From: Eledone cirrhosa | Lineage: Eukaryota | Length of the DNA stretch: 64,000 nucleotides | NCBI GenBank assembly: GCA_964016885.1 | Contig: OZ024753.1 | Span: forward strand, 29,512,001-29,576,000 | Direction of reading: 5' to 3' | Shown here: positions 1 through 12,499 of the stretch, piece by piece | Layout: every line of letters starts with the position of its first letter | How positions within the stretch are numbered: the first letter of the stretch is position 1 | Translations under genes and position numbers: made by a program | Notes under the pieces: model-generated | Seen by the model: only the letters and a program-made list of their open reading frames with translations | Database searches by the model: none | What the model was told of the DNA's origin: nothing

Positions 1-16
1 ACGTTAAATACAGCTG

Positions 17-928
17 TCGTAGTGAAAATATAGTCGTAGTGAAAATATAGTCGTAGTGAAAATATAGTCGTAGTGAAAATATAGTCGTAGTGAAAATATA
101 GTCTTAGTGAAAATATAGTCGTAGTGAAAATATAGTCTTAGTGAAAATATAGTCTTAGTGAAAATATAGTCTTAGTGAAAATATAGTCTTAGTGAAAATA
201 TAGTCTTAGTGAAAATATAGTCTTAGTGAAAATATAGTCGTAGTGAAAATATAGTCGTAGTGAAAATATAGTCTTAGTGAAAATATAGTCTTAGTGAAAA
301 TATAGTCTTAGTGAAAATATAGTCGTAGTGAAAATATAGTCGTAGTGAAAATATAGTCGTAGTGAAAATATAGTCGTAGTGAAAATATAGTCTTAGTGAA
401 AATATAGTCTTAGTGAAAATATAGTCGTATTGAAAATATAGTCTTAGTGAAAATATAGTCGTAGTGAAAATATAGTCTTAGTGAAAATATAGTCGTAGTG
501 AAAATATAGTCGTAGTGAAAATATAGTCTTAGTGAAAATATAGTCTTAGTGAAAATATAGTCTTAGTGAAAATATAGTCGTATTGAAAATATAGTCTTAG
601 TGAAAATATAGTCGTAGTGAAAATATAGTCGTAGTGAAAATATAGTCTTAGTGAAAATATAGTCTTAGTGAAAATATAGTCTTAGTGAAAATATAGTCGT
701 ATTGAAAATATAGTCTTAGTGAAAATATAGTCGTAGTGAAAATATAGTCGTAGTGAAAATATAGTCTTAGTGAAAATATAGTCTTAGTGAAAATATAGTC
801 TTAGTGAAAATATAGTCTTAGTGAAAATATAGTCTTAGTGAAAATATAGTCTTAGTGAAAATATAGTCTTAGTGAAAATATAGTCTTAGTGAAAATATAG
901 TCGTAGTGAAAATATAGTCTTAGTGAAA
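17..928. repeat. 17-bp minisatellite (TAGTGAAAATATAGTC[G/T]), ~54 copies
   Basis: Directly visible tandem array. Units differ almost only at one G/T position, plus three TATTGAAA variants. Confidence 0.97.
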
Positions 929-949
929 AATTATTAGATTTTATTGATG

Positions 950-1190
950 GGTTGCATTGTGTGGAACACTAAAATGTATCAAAAAATATTATTTTGGAAG
1001 TGGTAATAAAGATAAATAAATTATTAGAATATAATTGATAATATAGTTGGACGTTATCTTTTTCCTGTAGATATGATGGATGTTGTATTTCCTGTCTGAA
1101 ATACTAATGACCATTTTTATTAAAGTTAACATCACCAGCAAGTACAATGTTTACAAAATGGGCTTTATTAGATAAAGTGTAACTTAAGAC
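950..1190 (-). pseudogene. Possible decayed LINE AP-endonuclease fragment
   Basis: ORF 1104..1289(-) contains NIVLAGDVNF, resembling the APE hhhGDFN motif. Otherwise stop-riddled. Confidence 0.2.
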
Positions 1191-1216
1191 TAAAAATGGC
1201 GTAGAGCGTGGAGGAC

Positions 1217-1303
1217 ACAATGGGAGGACACAACTATATCTATCACAATGGGAGGACACAACTATATCTATCACAATGGGAGGACACAACTATATCTATC
1301 ACG
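1217..1303. repeat. 28-bp tandem repeat x3
   Basis: ACAATGGGAGGACACAACTATATCTATC repeated three times. Confidence 0.9.
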
Positions 1304-1540
1304 ACTAATTAAAAAGCTTCCTCCGTTTCGTGTTATGTTAGTGAACGATGTGATATTGTTTAGGTCTGTGAACCTGCAAAAAGGAACGAATCAATACTGA
1401 TTTGCCGCAAAGTAAAACGTGTTAGTCTTGAATAGAAAATACATGTTAAAACAGTAACACCACTGAGTCGATGGACAGAGTAATGAAAGATTAAACAGGA
1501 TTCATTTTTTGTTGTACTAGACACAACACATCATCTATTT

Positions 1541-1581
1541 AGAGAGATAGATGAAGAGATATAGAGAGAGGGGGTAGATAC

Positions 1582-1634
<53 letters not shown>

Positions 1635-1813
1635 AGTAGATACATAGATAAATAGATAGTAAGATAGATAGAGAGGGGGTAGATATATATATATTTATAA
1701 ATATATATATAGAGAGAGAGAGAGAGGCAGAGAGGTAGATAGATAGAGAGGGAAAGGGGGAGAAATAAGTAGATACATAGACAAATAGATAGTAAGATAG
1801 ATAGAGAGGGGGT

Positions 1814-1849
<36 letters not shown>

Positions 1850-1931
1850 GGGGGTAGATAGATAGAGAGGGAGAGGGGAGAAATAAGTAGATAAATAGAT
1901 AGTAAGATATATAGAGAGGGGGTAGATATAT

Positions 1932-2014
<83 letters not shown>

Positions 2015-2070
2015 GTTAGATAGAGAGGGAGAGGTAAATAGATAGATAGATAGATCGATAGATAGAGAGG
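1541..2070. repeat. Compound (GA)n/(TAGA)n/(TA)n microsatellite with an internally triplicated block
   Basis: The block AAATAAGTAGATA...GTAAGATA...GAGAGGGGGTAGATA recurs three times. Confidence 0.85.
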
Positions 2071-2335
2071 TTTAGTGAATTGGTCACAGGGTTATTTACT
2101 TTGGTAAACGCCACTGCAGGCCAACCACTAATTTAATTCGATAGAGATATAATAAGGTTAACAAACTCGCTGGTGAGTGAACTGTCCGAGAGCCGGTCGC
2201 CAAATAAAACAAGATGTCTCTTTTCTCCCTCCTTTATAATCCCTAGACCGGAAGTTCAAGGAAACTTCTAGAATTCAACGGGAAGTAACTCCAATTAGTT
2301 TTTTCTCCCCGGGCAAGGTGGCGCTAGTCGCTACA
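2071..2335 (-). mobile_element. Solo LTR (Gypsy-like), 265 bp
   Basis: Minus strand begins TGTAGCGA and ends TCACTAAA (decayed TCGCTACA). 4-bp direct repeat GAGG at 2067-2070 and 2336-2339. TATAAA box on the minus strand near 2233-2238. Confidence 0.7.
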
Positions 2336-2470
2336 GAGGGAAAGCATTAGATAAAGAGATAGATAGATAGGAAAGAAAAGTGCAAATAACATAAAAAGGA
2401 CCTGTTTATTTAGATGTGGCTGCGTCTCGAAACCTAAGTATTGCAGAGTAAAGTCAAAGGACTTTTATAC

Positions 2471-2559
<89 letters not shown>

Positions 2560-2986
2560 AGGCATGTGGTGGACAATATGTTATATATACACACGCTCGC
2601 GCGCTCATGAGGTCTTCACAGTTAACGGTTTTATTTGTCATGTATAATTAAACTAAAAACCTATGTTAATATAAATACTGTATATTTTCGTGATAAATGT
2701 GTAAGCGTGTGAATGAGCATACGTGTGTACATGTGTGTGTGTGAGCATACGTGTGTACATGTGTGTATGAGAGCGCACTTCTGTACGTATATGTGTGTGA
2801 AGGGGCATGTGTGCGCATATATGTTTATTTGGAAGGTTAAAATGAAGTAGATATATTCCTTTGTATATTTGTATTTTTTCCTGTTTTTAACATTTTCAAT
2901 ATTTCTACATAAATATTTATGCATCTGAACGGACAAAGACAGTAATAGGTCTCAGCATAAATGAATACATATTAGTATATAATGAT

Positions 2987-3036
<50 letters not shown>

Positions 3037-4405
3037 TATATACATATATATATACATATATATATAGATATATATAAATATATACATATATATATATATA
3101 ATATTATATGCGTTATATATATACACACACACGTGTTAATAAATCAACATTATATACATACAAACCCTTAGAGACATGGTATAAGCGTAGAGTTTGTTTT
3201 CGTAATTCAGACATAAAAATATATTAGTTGAGCGAAACATAGATATATATGCATTATTAATATTTGGAAAGAGCGAGAACACTTTTTAAAATTTGAATTT
3301 TTTCGTTATACAAAATTATTGAAAATATTAAATAAATATGATATGTCATGTATACAAAAGATTTTTGCAAACAATCGAGAAAAAAAAAAGGTCATTGGAG
3401 AGCATCAGCAATGATTCAAAATTAGAATAATAATTTGCAGAAGCATTGTGATGGTGTAAAATATGCCAAAGAAAATACATTAAATATGCAACTAGCTAGA
3501 ATTTGGTTAATAAAGAGGTGATATATTGAATGCCCTACGAATCTAAATCCTAGCGGCAATAGTTAGCTAGCATCAGTGAACTGGGGAGATAATTTCAAGA
3601 AATTAAGAATTAATGCATAGGGAAAACGTTTATCTTTGTCTACTCCTCAATGTATTTATTCGTATTTATAACATTATACTGACCAAAAAATATATTATAA
3701 CTATATTGCCAACTTATCAGGCAGGCTTGAGGAGACTATACTCAGCTGATGTGGTTCAATAGGTGACATAACATCACCCCAAAATATGACTGGTACGCAT
3801 CATATGCACATAAACAATAAAACAATACTCTATGAAATAAGACTAACCAGAAGATTTTATTCATCCAATTGCCACTAGAAATATTTATTTAACACCATTC
3901 TCTTGCTAAACTTTTAATATTTTTATCAACTAACAAAAAAATAAGTGAAAATAATTCCTGAAAGGCTTTTTTTCAGTTGACATTTTAGAAAGAATAAAAT
4001 ATAAATACTACAGAATTTCTATCTTTAATTCTATGTCACATGACTACATACATTGCACCCTATTGATACTGATGGCTGTAACCTTTTAACTAATTATTTC
4101 GTTTGACATATAATTACCGTTATATTTAGTTGAAATGCATGTAAAGAAAATGTTGTTTAGGCGTGTATAAGATAAGATAAACAGCCGTGGTGTTATAGAA
4201 TGAATCGACAAAAATAACAAAAGAGATCCACAAATGGTTGACACTACCTTAAAGTTTGGGAGTTCCGTCACAATCTTTGATCAGAAAACAAACTACTGAG
4301 AGAAATGAACAAGTGTGTGTGTATATATATATAACAAGTGTGAGTGTATATATATATATATATATGTACACACACACAGACACACACACACACACACACA
4401 CACAT

Positions 4406-4506
<101 letters not shown>

Positions 4507-4568
4507 TTTACATATATATATATCACAGAAAAAAAGAAAATCAGTGTTGCGACGAATGGAATTTATAG

Positions 4569-4664
4569 GACATATTACAATCGTTTCTCTGGCGACCAGT
4601 TCGGGGCACGATCGATGTGATGATAGAACCTGACTCTGAAAATCGCAAGGTCCTCAGATACGTC
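4569..4664 (-). ncRNA. Minimal hammerhead ribozyme motif (long-stem-II family), base of stem II degenerate
   Basis: Minus strand reads GACGTAT-CTGAGGA-...-GAAAC-GATT-GTA-ATATGTC. Stem I is 7 bp with one G.U. Confidence 0.7.
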
Positions 4665-4745
4665 TTGATTCTACGAAGCAGATTTTATATATATATAAAA
4701 TATGGAAAACGAAGAATCATTGATGCATCGGAACACAATTTATTA

Positions 4746-4838
4746 ACGTATTACAATTGTTTCTCCGGCGAATAGCTCGAGGTGCGATCTATTTGTGGAT
4801 CGGACCTGACTCTCGATTCGCAAGTTCCTCAGATACGT
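4746..4838 (-). ncRNA. Minimal hammerhead ribozyme motif (long-stem-II family)
   Basis: Minus strand reads ACGTAT-CTGAGGA-...-GAAAC-AATT-GTA-ATACGT, then AATAAA. Palindromic stem III ACAATTGT. Confidence 0.75.
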
Positions 4839-5108
4839 CTAGTGACTTCGAAGCAAATCCTCTGTCTGTTGGACTCCGACCCTTAGAATTTCTATCATCT
4901 GCCATCATCCTGTTTGCGCGGCTCGTCGATTGGTCAAGTTCGAGACGTCATCTGTTTATCATTAAAGTTTAAGCAAAGAATCGCTGGTTTCACCCTTTTA
5001 TGGGATCTTTACATTTATTATTACTATATACAGAGAGACACTGGTAGGTTATATCCGCAGTAGTAGAGCACTCATTCCATGGGACGAGTTTGGTAGCAGT
5101 TGCACAAC

Positions 5109-5153
5109 AGCCGAGCTGATGATCCGTATAAGGTGAAACAGTTGTCCTCGGCT
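5109..5153 (+). ncRNA. Compact minimal hammerhead ribozyme
   Basis: AGCCGAG-CTGATGA-TCCGTATAAGGT-GAAAC-AGTT-GTC-CTCGGCT. Perfect 7-bp stem I, GUC triplet at 5144-5146. Confidence 0.8.
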
Positions 5154-5167
5154 ACTTATATACATAC

Positions 5168-5313
<146 letters not shown>

Positions 5314-5338
5314 GTATATATATATATATATATATATA

Positions 5339-5515
5339 GGGAAAAGTATGACCCCGACGGCAGAGCTCAAGCCGTTTCGAGGGCTATTTCGTCAAAACGG
5401 CTTGAGCTCTGCCGTCGGGGTCATACTTTTTCCTATTTCCAACTCTACTACCCTAAGTATTGAGTACTTTGGTGCGTTATGGTCCATCTGGTTCCTTACC
5501 ACAATTCCTTTGTTA
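5339..5515. mobile_element. Fold-back PLE-like terminal fragment between (TA)n tracts
   Basis: Perfect ~36-bp inverted arms at 5342-5430. The downstream tail is shared with 48930-49005. Related arms at 30061-30100 and 44960-45005. Confidence 0.6.
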
Positions 5516-5610
5516 TATATATATATAAATATACACACACATACATATATGTATATATATATATGTGTGTGAATATATATATATATATAGATATATAGAT
5601 ATAGATATAT

Positions 5611-5653
<43 letters not shown>

Positions 5654-6112
5654 CAGTCGTAAGTTCATTACATATATGATTGTAGTCAAGTATGACGTAT
5701 GATATGGGTGTGTTTTCCTTTTACTGTTTGTTCTAAATCAATAGCTAACAGAACATCTACAATAATCAATAAAGTAATTTTTTTTTAAATATTGCTTTTT
5801 AATTAGTACCAATTCTATAGTGACTGTTTATTGATTTTATATTTGCTAGATGCTAAGGTGTTGACATAGAGACGCTGGTGAATATTTTGATTGGAGGTGT
5901 TGAGTAGCTACTGTTTATTGACAGGACTGTAGTGTGGGTAATGTAAAATATAACTGATGAAAGCACCATGGAGATGATAGCCTGGGTAGGTGAAGTAATG
6001 TAAAATCATAGTAAGCTATTAGAGAGATAGTTTTCTTTATGTTGGTTGGATAAAGAGGCCATGTATACAAATGGATGTTGGTAATAAGTCATAGTAATAT
6101 TTAACGAACGTA

Positions 6113-6250
6113 GCGAGGTGAATTGGCAAAGTCGTTAAAACAACGGAGAAAACACTTCGTTGTACTTGTTCCAGCTCTCTGCACTCTGCGTTCAAATCCT
6201 GCCAAGGTTAAGTTTGCCTTTCATCTTTATGGAGTCGGTAAATAAAGTAC
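6113..6250 (+). mobile_element. Diverged tRNA-derived SINE, truncated at the PLE
   Basis: A box-like TGGCAAAGTCGTT, B box GTTCAAATCC and the central TTTGCCTTTCATC domain. Confidence 0.7.
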
Positions 6251-6265
6251 TTGTCCTGTACTTTG

Positions 6266-7966
6266 GATTTAATTATAGAGAGTGGATGGTTAGAACACGT
6301 ATTTACATATTTAAGGTTCTCATTTAGTTTATATGTAAATACGAGTTCTAACCATCCACTTTCTATAATTAAATCCATCCCTAGAAATGTTTCTCTTAGA
6401 ATCTCCCGCCTGTCGTCCAACCAACAAACCTTCAAAGAACATGCCGAATATTATGATGATGCACTTAGGAAGGCCGGACACCTAGATAATATAGAGTATA
6501 TAGTCGAAGATCACCAAAACACCCAAAATAAATCCCATAGGGGTAGAAATAGCACAGAATCACCACCATACATACACTACCGCAATAGACACAATAATAG
6601 TCGCACACCACCAAACAGAAGGCGATGTAAAGAGTATATATGGTACAACCCGGTCTATAACAACTCTATTAAAACCAATCTACCCTCACAATTCTTTCGA
6701 TTAGTTAAAAAACACTTTCCAACATCACATAAATATAATAAAATCTTAAACCCTAACACTATTCGACTTTCATATTCAACCGCCTCTAATATTGAACAAC
6801 ATATAAAAAAGCTTAACGCAAAACGGTTGTATAAACGCCTTCCAACACATAACAATACACGTAAAACATTAGCTATAACATCACAAAACAACAAACAACA
6901 TCCCGTCCTACCTAAGCAACCTCATCAACCCATCCATGCCAATACAACAACGCAAAATTATAACTGTAACTGTGTCCAACCAGGAATGTGTCCGTTGAAC
7001 GCAACATAATATACAAATGTACTATCGAATCGGATAGACAGAAGTGGTACTATGTGGGATCTACAGCCACCTCCTTCAAATCACGCCTTTATAGACATCG
7101 TTACTCGATAAAACATGAAAACCAGCGTTATGTAACAACACTCGCAGACAAGGCTTGGCTGCTGCGTGAAAATAACCAACAGTTTAACCTAAAATGGGAT
7201 ATAATAGCAGCTGCCCCTCCATTATCCCACGGACAGGAATTTTGTAAATTATGTAATATGGAATTATTTTGTATTATGAAATCCAAAAACATTTTATTAA
7301 ATAACAGAATAGAGCGATCGTTATACTGTAACCATCGCTTAAAATCTACATTTTCATATTACAAATACTACCAAGATTGAACGCATGTCTCCATCTCCGT
7401 TTGATTGTCAAAATACATATTAACATTCTCTTTTAGTCTTAATTCTATCAACTCTTCTATTATTTACCATTTAATATTAACTGCTATAGATAAAATGAGA
7501 TTTCTTAATTCAATTCCCTAATGCATATACCAGCTGGCTACTAGCATTGATGTTATTCAGTAGCAGTCGAAATCTCCCCCTTCCTTAATTGGACACTTCA
7601 TAATTAATACTTACACCAAATGACCAGCCCTGTCCATTGTTCAATTGGTCAAGTATAGATAAAATAGGCACTCCCAAAAATTCTTATTTAGATAAAATAA
7701 ACCATTTACTCATTGTATTCTCATTAGAAACCCTTTATATACTTGTTTAGCAGTAAATTGAATTACCATCTGTCATATACTATCCTCTCTCTTCTTCCTC
7801 TATTACAACTAATATAAATACTTCAATTTTTCTGATTTTTTCCAATTTATCCAAAATCTCTGAAGAAGTGACAACTGATTATACATTTGCTATCGAATAC
7901 TTGCTAACATTATATGATTACGCAAGCAGCGATACATAGGTATTCCGTCTGTTACAGAAACATCTT

Positions 7967-7968
<2 letters not shown>
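6266..7968 (+). mobile_element. 5'-truncated Penelope-like element (Naiad-type) with 5' inversion
   Basis: Inverted arms 6266-6310 and 6331-6375. RT-thumb to GIY-YIG ORF, AT-rich 3' region, hammerhead remnant CTGAAGA(7860)...GAAAC(7957), ending in (TA)n. Confidence 0.85.
6331..7380 (+). pseudogene. PLE RT C-terminus plus GIY-YIG endonuclease, frameshifted near 7000
   Basis: Motifs SNHP, IWYNP, RLSYS, CNC..CPL, IIYKCTI...YYVGST, RLYRH, CKLC and CNH. Colinear with the 22512-23858 ORF. Confidence 0.85.
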
Positions 7969-8038
<70 letters not shown>

Positions 8039-8149
8039 ATATATGGAAAAAAAATTGAAAATGCAACTATATATATATATATATATATATATATCCAGGG
8101 AGTGTAACGTGAAGTTATCGTAGGCTCTCCCAGGTGAGCAGTCGATGCT

Positions 8150-8251
8150 TAGATTACAACAGCAGAGCTTTTGATTCCAGAGTCAGGCCAGAGTGATACA
8201 GATAGAACCTTGAGCTGATCAATAGCGAAACGCGCGTCACTAATCAATAAA
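8150..8251 (+). ncRNA. Decayed hammerhead of the long-stem-II family
   Basis: Shares TTCCAGAGTCAGG...GAGCTGATC with the 49089 copy. GAAAC-GCGC-GTC then AATAAA. The CUGANGA core is mutated. Confidence 0.5.
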
Positions 8252-8273
8252 CGTTATGAAGGCATTATATTAT

Positions 8274-8461
8274 TGGATTGGCAGTATCGGTAGAGGGTCG
8301 GACGCCATGCTTTAACGCATAGAGTTACGGCCCTTGCCATTCTGAGTTCAAATCCCGCCGAGGTTAACTTTGCCTTTCATCCTTACGGGGTCGATAAAAT
8401 AAAGTACCAGTAATACACTGGGTAATTGCTGGCCTTGTGCCAAAAGTAGAAACAATTATTA
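8274..8461 (+). mobile_element. tRNA-derived SINE (main family, Nin/Deu-like central domain)
   Basis: TGGCAGTATCGGT (A box), GAGTTCAAATCC (B box), TTTGCCTTTCATCCTTACGGGGTCGATAAAATAAAGTACCAG core and (ATT)n tail. More than 10 copies in the window. Confidence 0.9.
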
Positions 8462-9662
8462 TATATATTTCTCTCTCCTTCTCTGGAAGAAATCAGTTGT
8501 GTTCAGGCTTGAAGAGATGGACTGCACCAGGTTTAAAACGCCCAAAACACACCTTATGCCACTATAGTGTCCCATACGACACCATCTGAAGTTGCGGGTG
8601 CATACATTTATATATATATATATATTGGTAAAAGGAAAAGAAAATGCTGACAAATTGTTCCCAGTGAAAAATAGTTTAATTAGGAATAAGTAAAAATTGG
8701 TAATAAGTATTGGTTAGTATTCAGTTCTAGTTTTAAGTTTTTACCGGTTGCGCATTTCTAATGCTTTTCAAAAATAATTTTGAGATATATATATACAACA
8801 TTTAACGTGGTCCAGTTCAAGAATAGAAAGTGAGAAAGAAATATAGAGGAAGAATCGACACCATTTAAATAATGTTCAGCTCTGCAAAGAACGTTTCTAT
8901 ATTGCATTGTTATAATTACTACGTTCTGCATGGCTGTATGACCTTTTAATGTGGCAATAACTAATCGAATCGATATAGGACTGAAACTATTTTAGTGCTT
9001 TGCTATACAGATTTCAAACCATTGGTTAATATTTACTGTTCTAATTCAGAGGTCAACAATATAAATATAAACGAATGATGCATAAGTACAGATCCCTTTA
9101 TTCTTGTACTGCTTCAGTAATTTAATTGTGCCATGTTCTGGCACCCATTTCAATGGTACAGTAAACATATAATATCCCAGCAAGTGAACGCTATATATTT
9201 TTTATGTTCCTCTGTGGATGAAACGGAAAGTTAAATATGGCGGAGTTTGAACTCAAAACAGAAAGACACTAAACTATTCACCACCATTTTTTATTTTTTT
9301 ATTTTTTAGTTTCTAAAACTTCTGCCGTCTACTGACCTTTATAGCAATAATACTGTTTTCTAATTCTCTGGTTTCTAGCACAGCTATATGCTTTGTTAGA
9401 AAGATATATTTGAATTACTCTACTGCAGTATTTGATGGATATATTATGTTATCGATCCTGCGAGGATGAAAGGCAGTACAGACCGCAACAGGATAATGAC
9501 TCAGACTATAAGCGACTGTGTTTAAATACCGCAAACTTTTTTATCCACTGCTCCAACGATTCTGTCAATTCACTGCCCTTGACGTAATTATAAGATCACC
9601 ACCACCACCACCACTACTACCACCACCATCACTACCACCACTACCACCACCAACAACAACAA

Positions 9663-9870
9663 CAATAATTTTTCTACTTTAGACATAAGGCCAACAATTT
9701 GGGGGAAAAGGAAAATCGATTAAATCGACCCCAGTGCATTACTGGTGCTTTATTTATCGACCTCGTAAGGATGAAAAGCAAAGTTAACCTCGGCGGGATT
9801 TGAACTCAGATCATAATGGGTTGTAACTCTATGCTGCAGACACTCGATCGATACTGCCAATCCACCGCCC
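9663..9870 (-). mobile_element. tRNA-derived SINE (main family)
   Basis: Reverse complement of the 8274 type. More diverged copies at ~9180-9580 and a fragment at 9880-9945. Confidence 0.85.
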
Positions 9871-10451
9871 ATAATAATAATAATGGTTTCTGATTTAGCC
9901 ACAAGGCCAACAATTTTAGAAGAGGGAAAAGTCGATTAAATCACCCTGCTGGGCAGTGCATACATATTACGATAAGTACTTTCAGTACAGTAGAGACAAT
10001 ATCTCCAGAAACAACACTGCACAGATCTTATTTGGTAATGCAGTAACAGCACGCAATGGAAATAACACTAAAGATAATAATGATTATGTTTAAGTAAACA
10101 CAAAATGAATGTTCGTGTGTATTGGATATACAAGACAAAATGGACGACAGTTCTTTAGTTACTTACATTTTATCAGCCTAGGAGGTTTCCTTAGAAAGCA
10201 ATAATGTTTGATTAGGTTTGATTTATAATATTTATCATAGTCTATCAATGTTTCATCAATAACCAACTGACCCTATCTACATCTAATAAATGGGCAATCT
10301 CCACGCCAGTCAGCTGATGGAAAAGTTGTGGGGAAATTTTCTAAACTGGCAGCCAGCTTCATATGTTTTATGACAGGATGTCTTTCTTTATCACTCTCCT
10401 TTGCTCCGTTGTTTGTAAATAGTGTTTTAATGAAGTAAAGAGAGTTTCATA

Positions 10452-10750
10452 AGAGGCGTCAGAACGTCTGATAGAACGATCTTCGGTATTCATTTCGGCT
10501 CACTGCACTCTGAGTTCAAATCCTACCGAGGTTGACTTTGCCCTTCATCCTGTCGAGATCGATAAAAAAATACCAGTCCATTATTGAGATCGATTCTTCC
10601 ACTATATGTCTTTCTCTTCTCCTCTCTATCAACCTCCTTCTCTGGAAGAAATCAGCCATGTTCAGACTAGGGGAAGGAGAGGTTCCACCAGGTTCAATAT
10701 ACCTCAGATACGCCATTTCACTACGACGCACCTACGATTACATCAGGAAC
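10452..10750 (+). mobile_element. SINE subfamily with the same head and core but a different 3' tail
   Basis: B box and core are followed by TTCTCTGGAAGAAATCAG...CACCAGGTT, a tail shared with 8470-8600, 32911-33148 and 38430-38749. Confidence 0.75.
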
Positions 10751-11424
10751 TATGGCTACATACATACATAGAAAGATAGTTTCGCTGGAGTACATTCTGA
10801 CATAAATAACACATAATACTTTTACGACCATCAGACAGATAAAACGTTATTATTATCGTACTAAATAATCCAACGCTTGCAATAGACTAATCTATTCTAG
10901 AACTGATAACAGCCGTTAAATTTAAACCTACAGACTTATGATATATCAGTACTGAACAATTTATTTCATAATAGTTTGATCTTATGAATAGTTAACATCT
11001 TATTTCGAAATTTAAGTGCCTCTCATTAATCTAACGAGGGAACATATACGTGACAGTTCGACTTGACTTACTAGAAATAGTAACCAAGTCATTCTTAAAC
11101 CACGTCTTCAAAAGGAGAAACATAAAGGTTTATATTCCCTATATACATCAAGTCGAAAAGAAAAGTTAAAGATATTCATAGCAAGAATGTCATAGGCCTG
11201 TTAAAACATGGGTTTTAACAACGAGAATTATTACTACAACAAAGACTTCTAAAATTGGATTGTGTATATAACCAATAAAGTCATTAGATTGTGTATAAAG
11301 GCTATAGACCTTTTATTTTTTACCCAAAGTATTACATAGCCCACCTACACTCACGTCTCTTCTAAGTAAAATCTTTGAGGGTTTTAGAATTGACAATTGA
11401 ATGAGTATGTTTATTAAATGGTAG

Positions 11425-11800
11425 AGACTTACTCTTCTCCCCCAAAATAGCTGGCCTTCTGTCTAAATCAGAAATCATTATTTAAGAAGAGTGGTCGATA
11501 AAATAAAGTACCAGTAATGCACTGGGGTCGATTTAATCGACTTTTCCCTCCCCCCAATTGTAGAAATAATTATTTAAGAAGAGTTCAAATCCCGCCGAGG
11601 TTAACTTTGCCTTTCATCTTTACGGGTAATTGCTGGGGTAATTCTTGGCCTTGTGCCAAAATTAGAAACAATTATTTAAGATGACATAGTGTGAAAGAGA
11701 AATACAGGATGAACATCCATTGCAGAGAGGCTAGGTTTTTGAAGTTCGACTTCCCCTCTCCCAAAACTGTTGGCCTTGTGCCTTAATCAGAAACCATTAT
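11425..11800 (+). mobile_element. Mosaic of SINE fragments
   Basis: Repeated GGCCTT(G/C)TG...AGAAA..ATTAT tails and core pieces. Confidence 0.75.
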
Positions 11801-12081
11801 ATCATATCTTTGACTGGTTCATTATTTGTTAGAGAAAACCTAAGATGGAAGCAAATTAACACTTCACCGCATGTGTGGTATTTATCTTATTTAATCGCTT
11901 TAGTAATGAATAACAAAATCTAGCTGGAAGACATTTACAGTGAAATGACGAGTGTTCATTGAATCTGATATTTGGGGAAAATGACTTCCAGATAAAATTT
12001 GCATTTCATCCTGTCGGCAATAGACAAGAATAAAGACGAGTGTAAGGACAAACATTATGATGAGGACAGGACAAACATGTT

Positions 12082-12083
12082 AT

Positions 12084-12115
<32 letters not shown>

Positions 12116-12166
12116 GTGATAATGATGATGATGATGATGATGATGATGATAGTGATGATGATGGTG

Positions 12167-12197
<31 letters not shown>

Positions 12198-12268
12198 GGA
12201 TGATGATGATGTAACTGATGATGACGACGATGATGACGCTGATGATGATGATGATGATGATGATGATA
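12082..12268. repeat. (GAT)n trinucleotide repeat
   Basis: Directly visible. Confidence 0.95.
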
Positions 12269-12499
12269 GCACTGAAAATATCCATTATTCTAGACTAAAA
12301 TATTTCGGTTTTGCTGTTAATGGTTTTTCGGACGAAAAAAAAAATAAGAAGATATTTTAAAAAGAAATCAAAAACACGAAAACTGAAAAGAGAAGAAAAA
12401 TATTCAATTTCAATATTGGAAATCTAATTGCAATATACGACTAGAAAGGAAAAAATGGAAGGAATGAAAGTCTGTATATCAAAAGATAATACACGATAG

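Noticed and set aside
17-928. Telomeric repeat or CRISPR array
   Set aside because: Spacer-less 17-bp AT-rich unit that is not TTAGGG-like.
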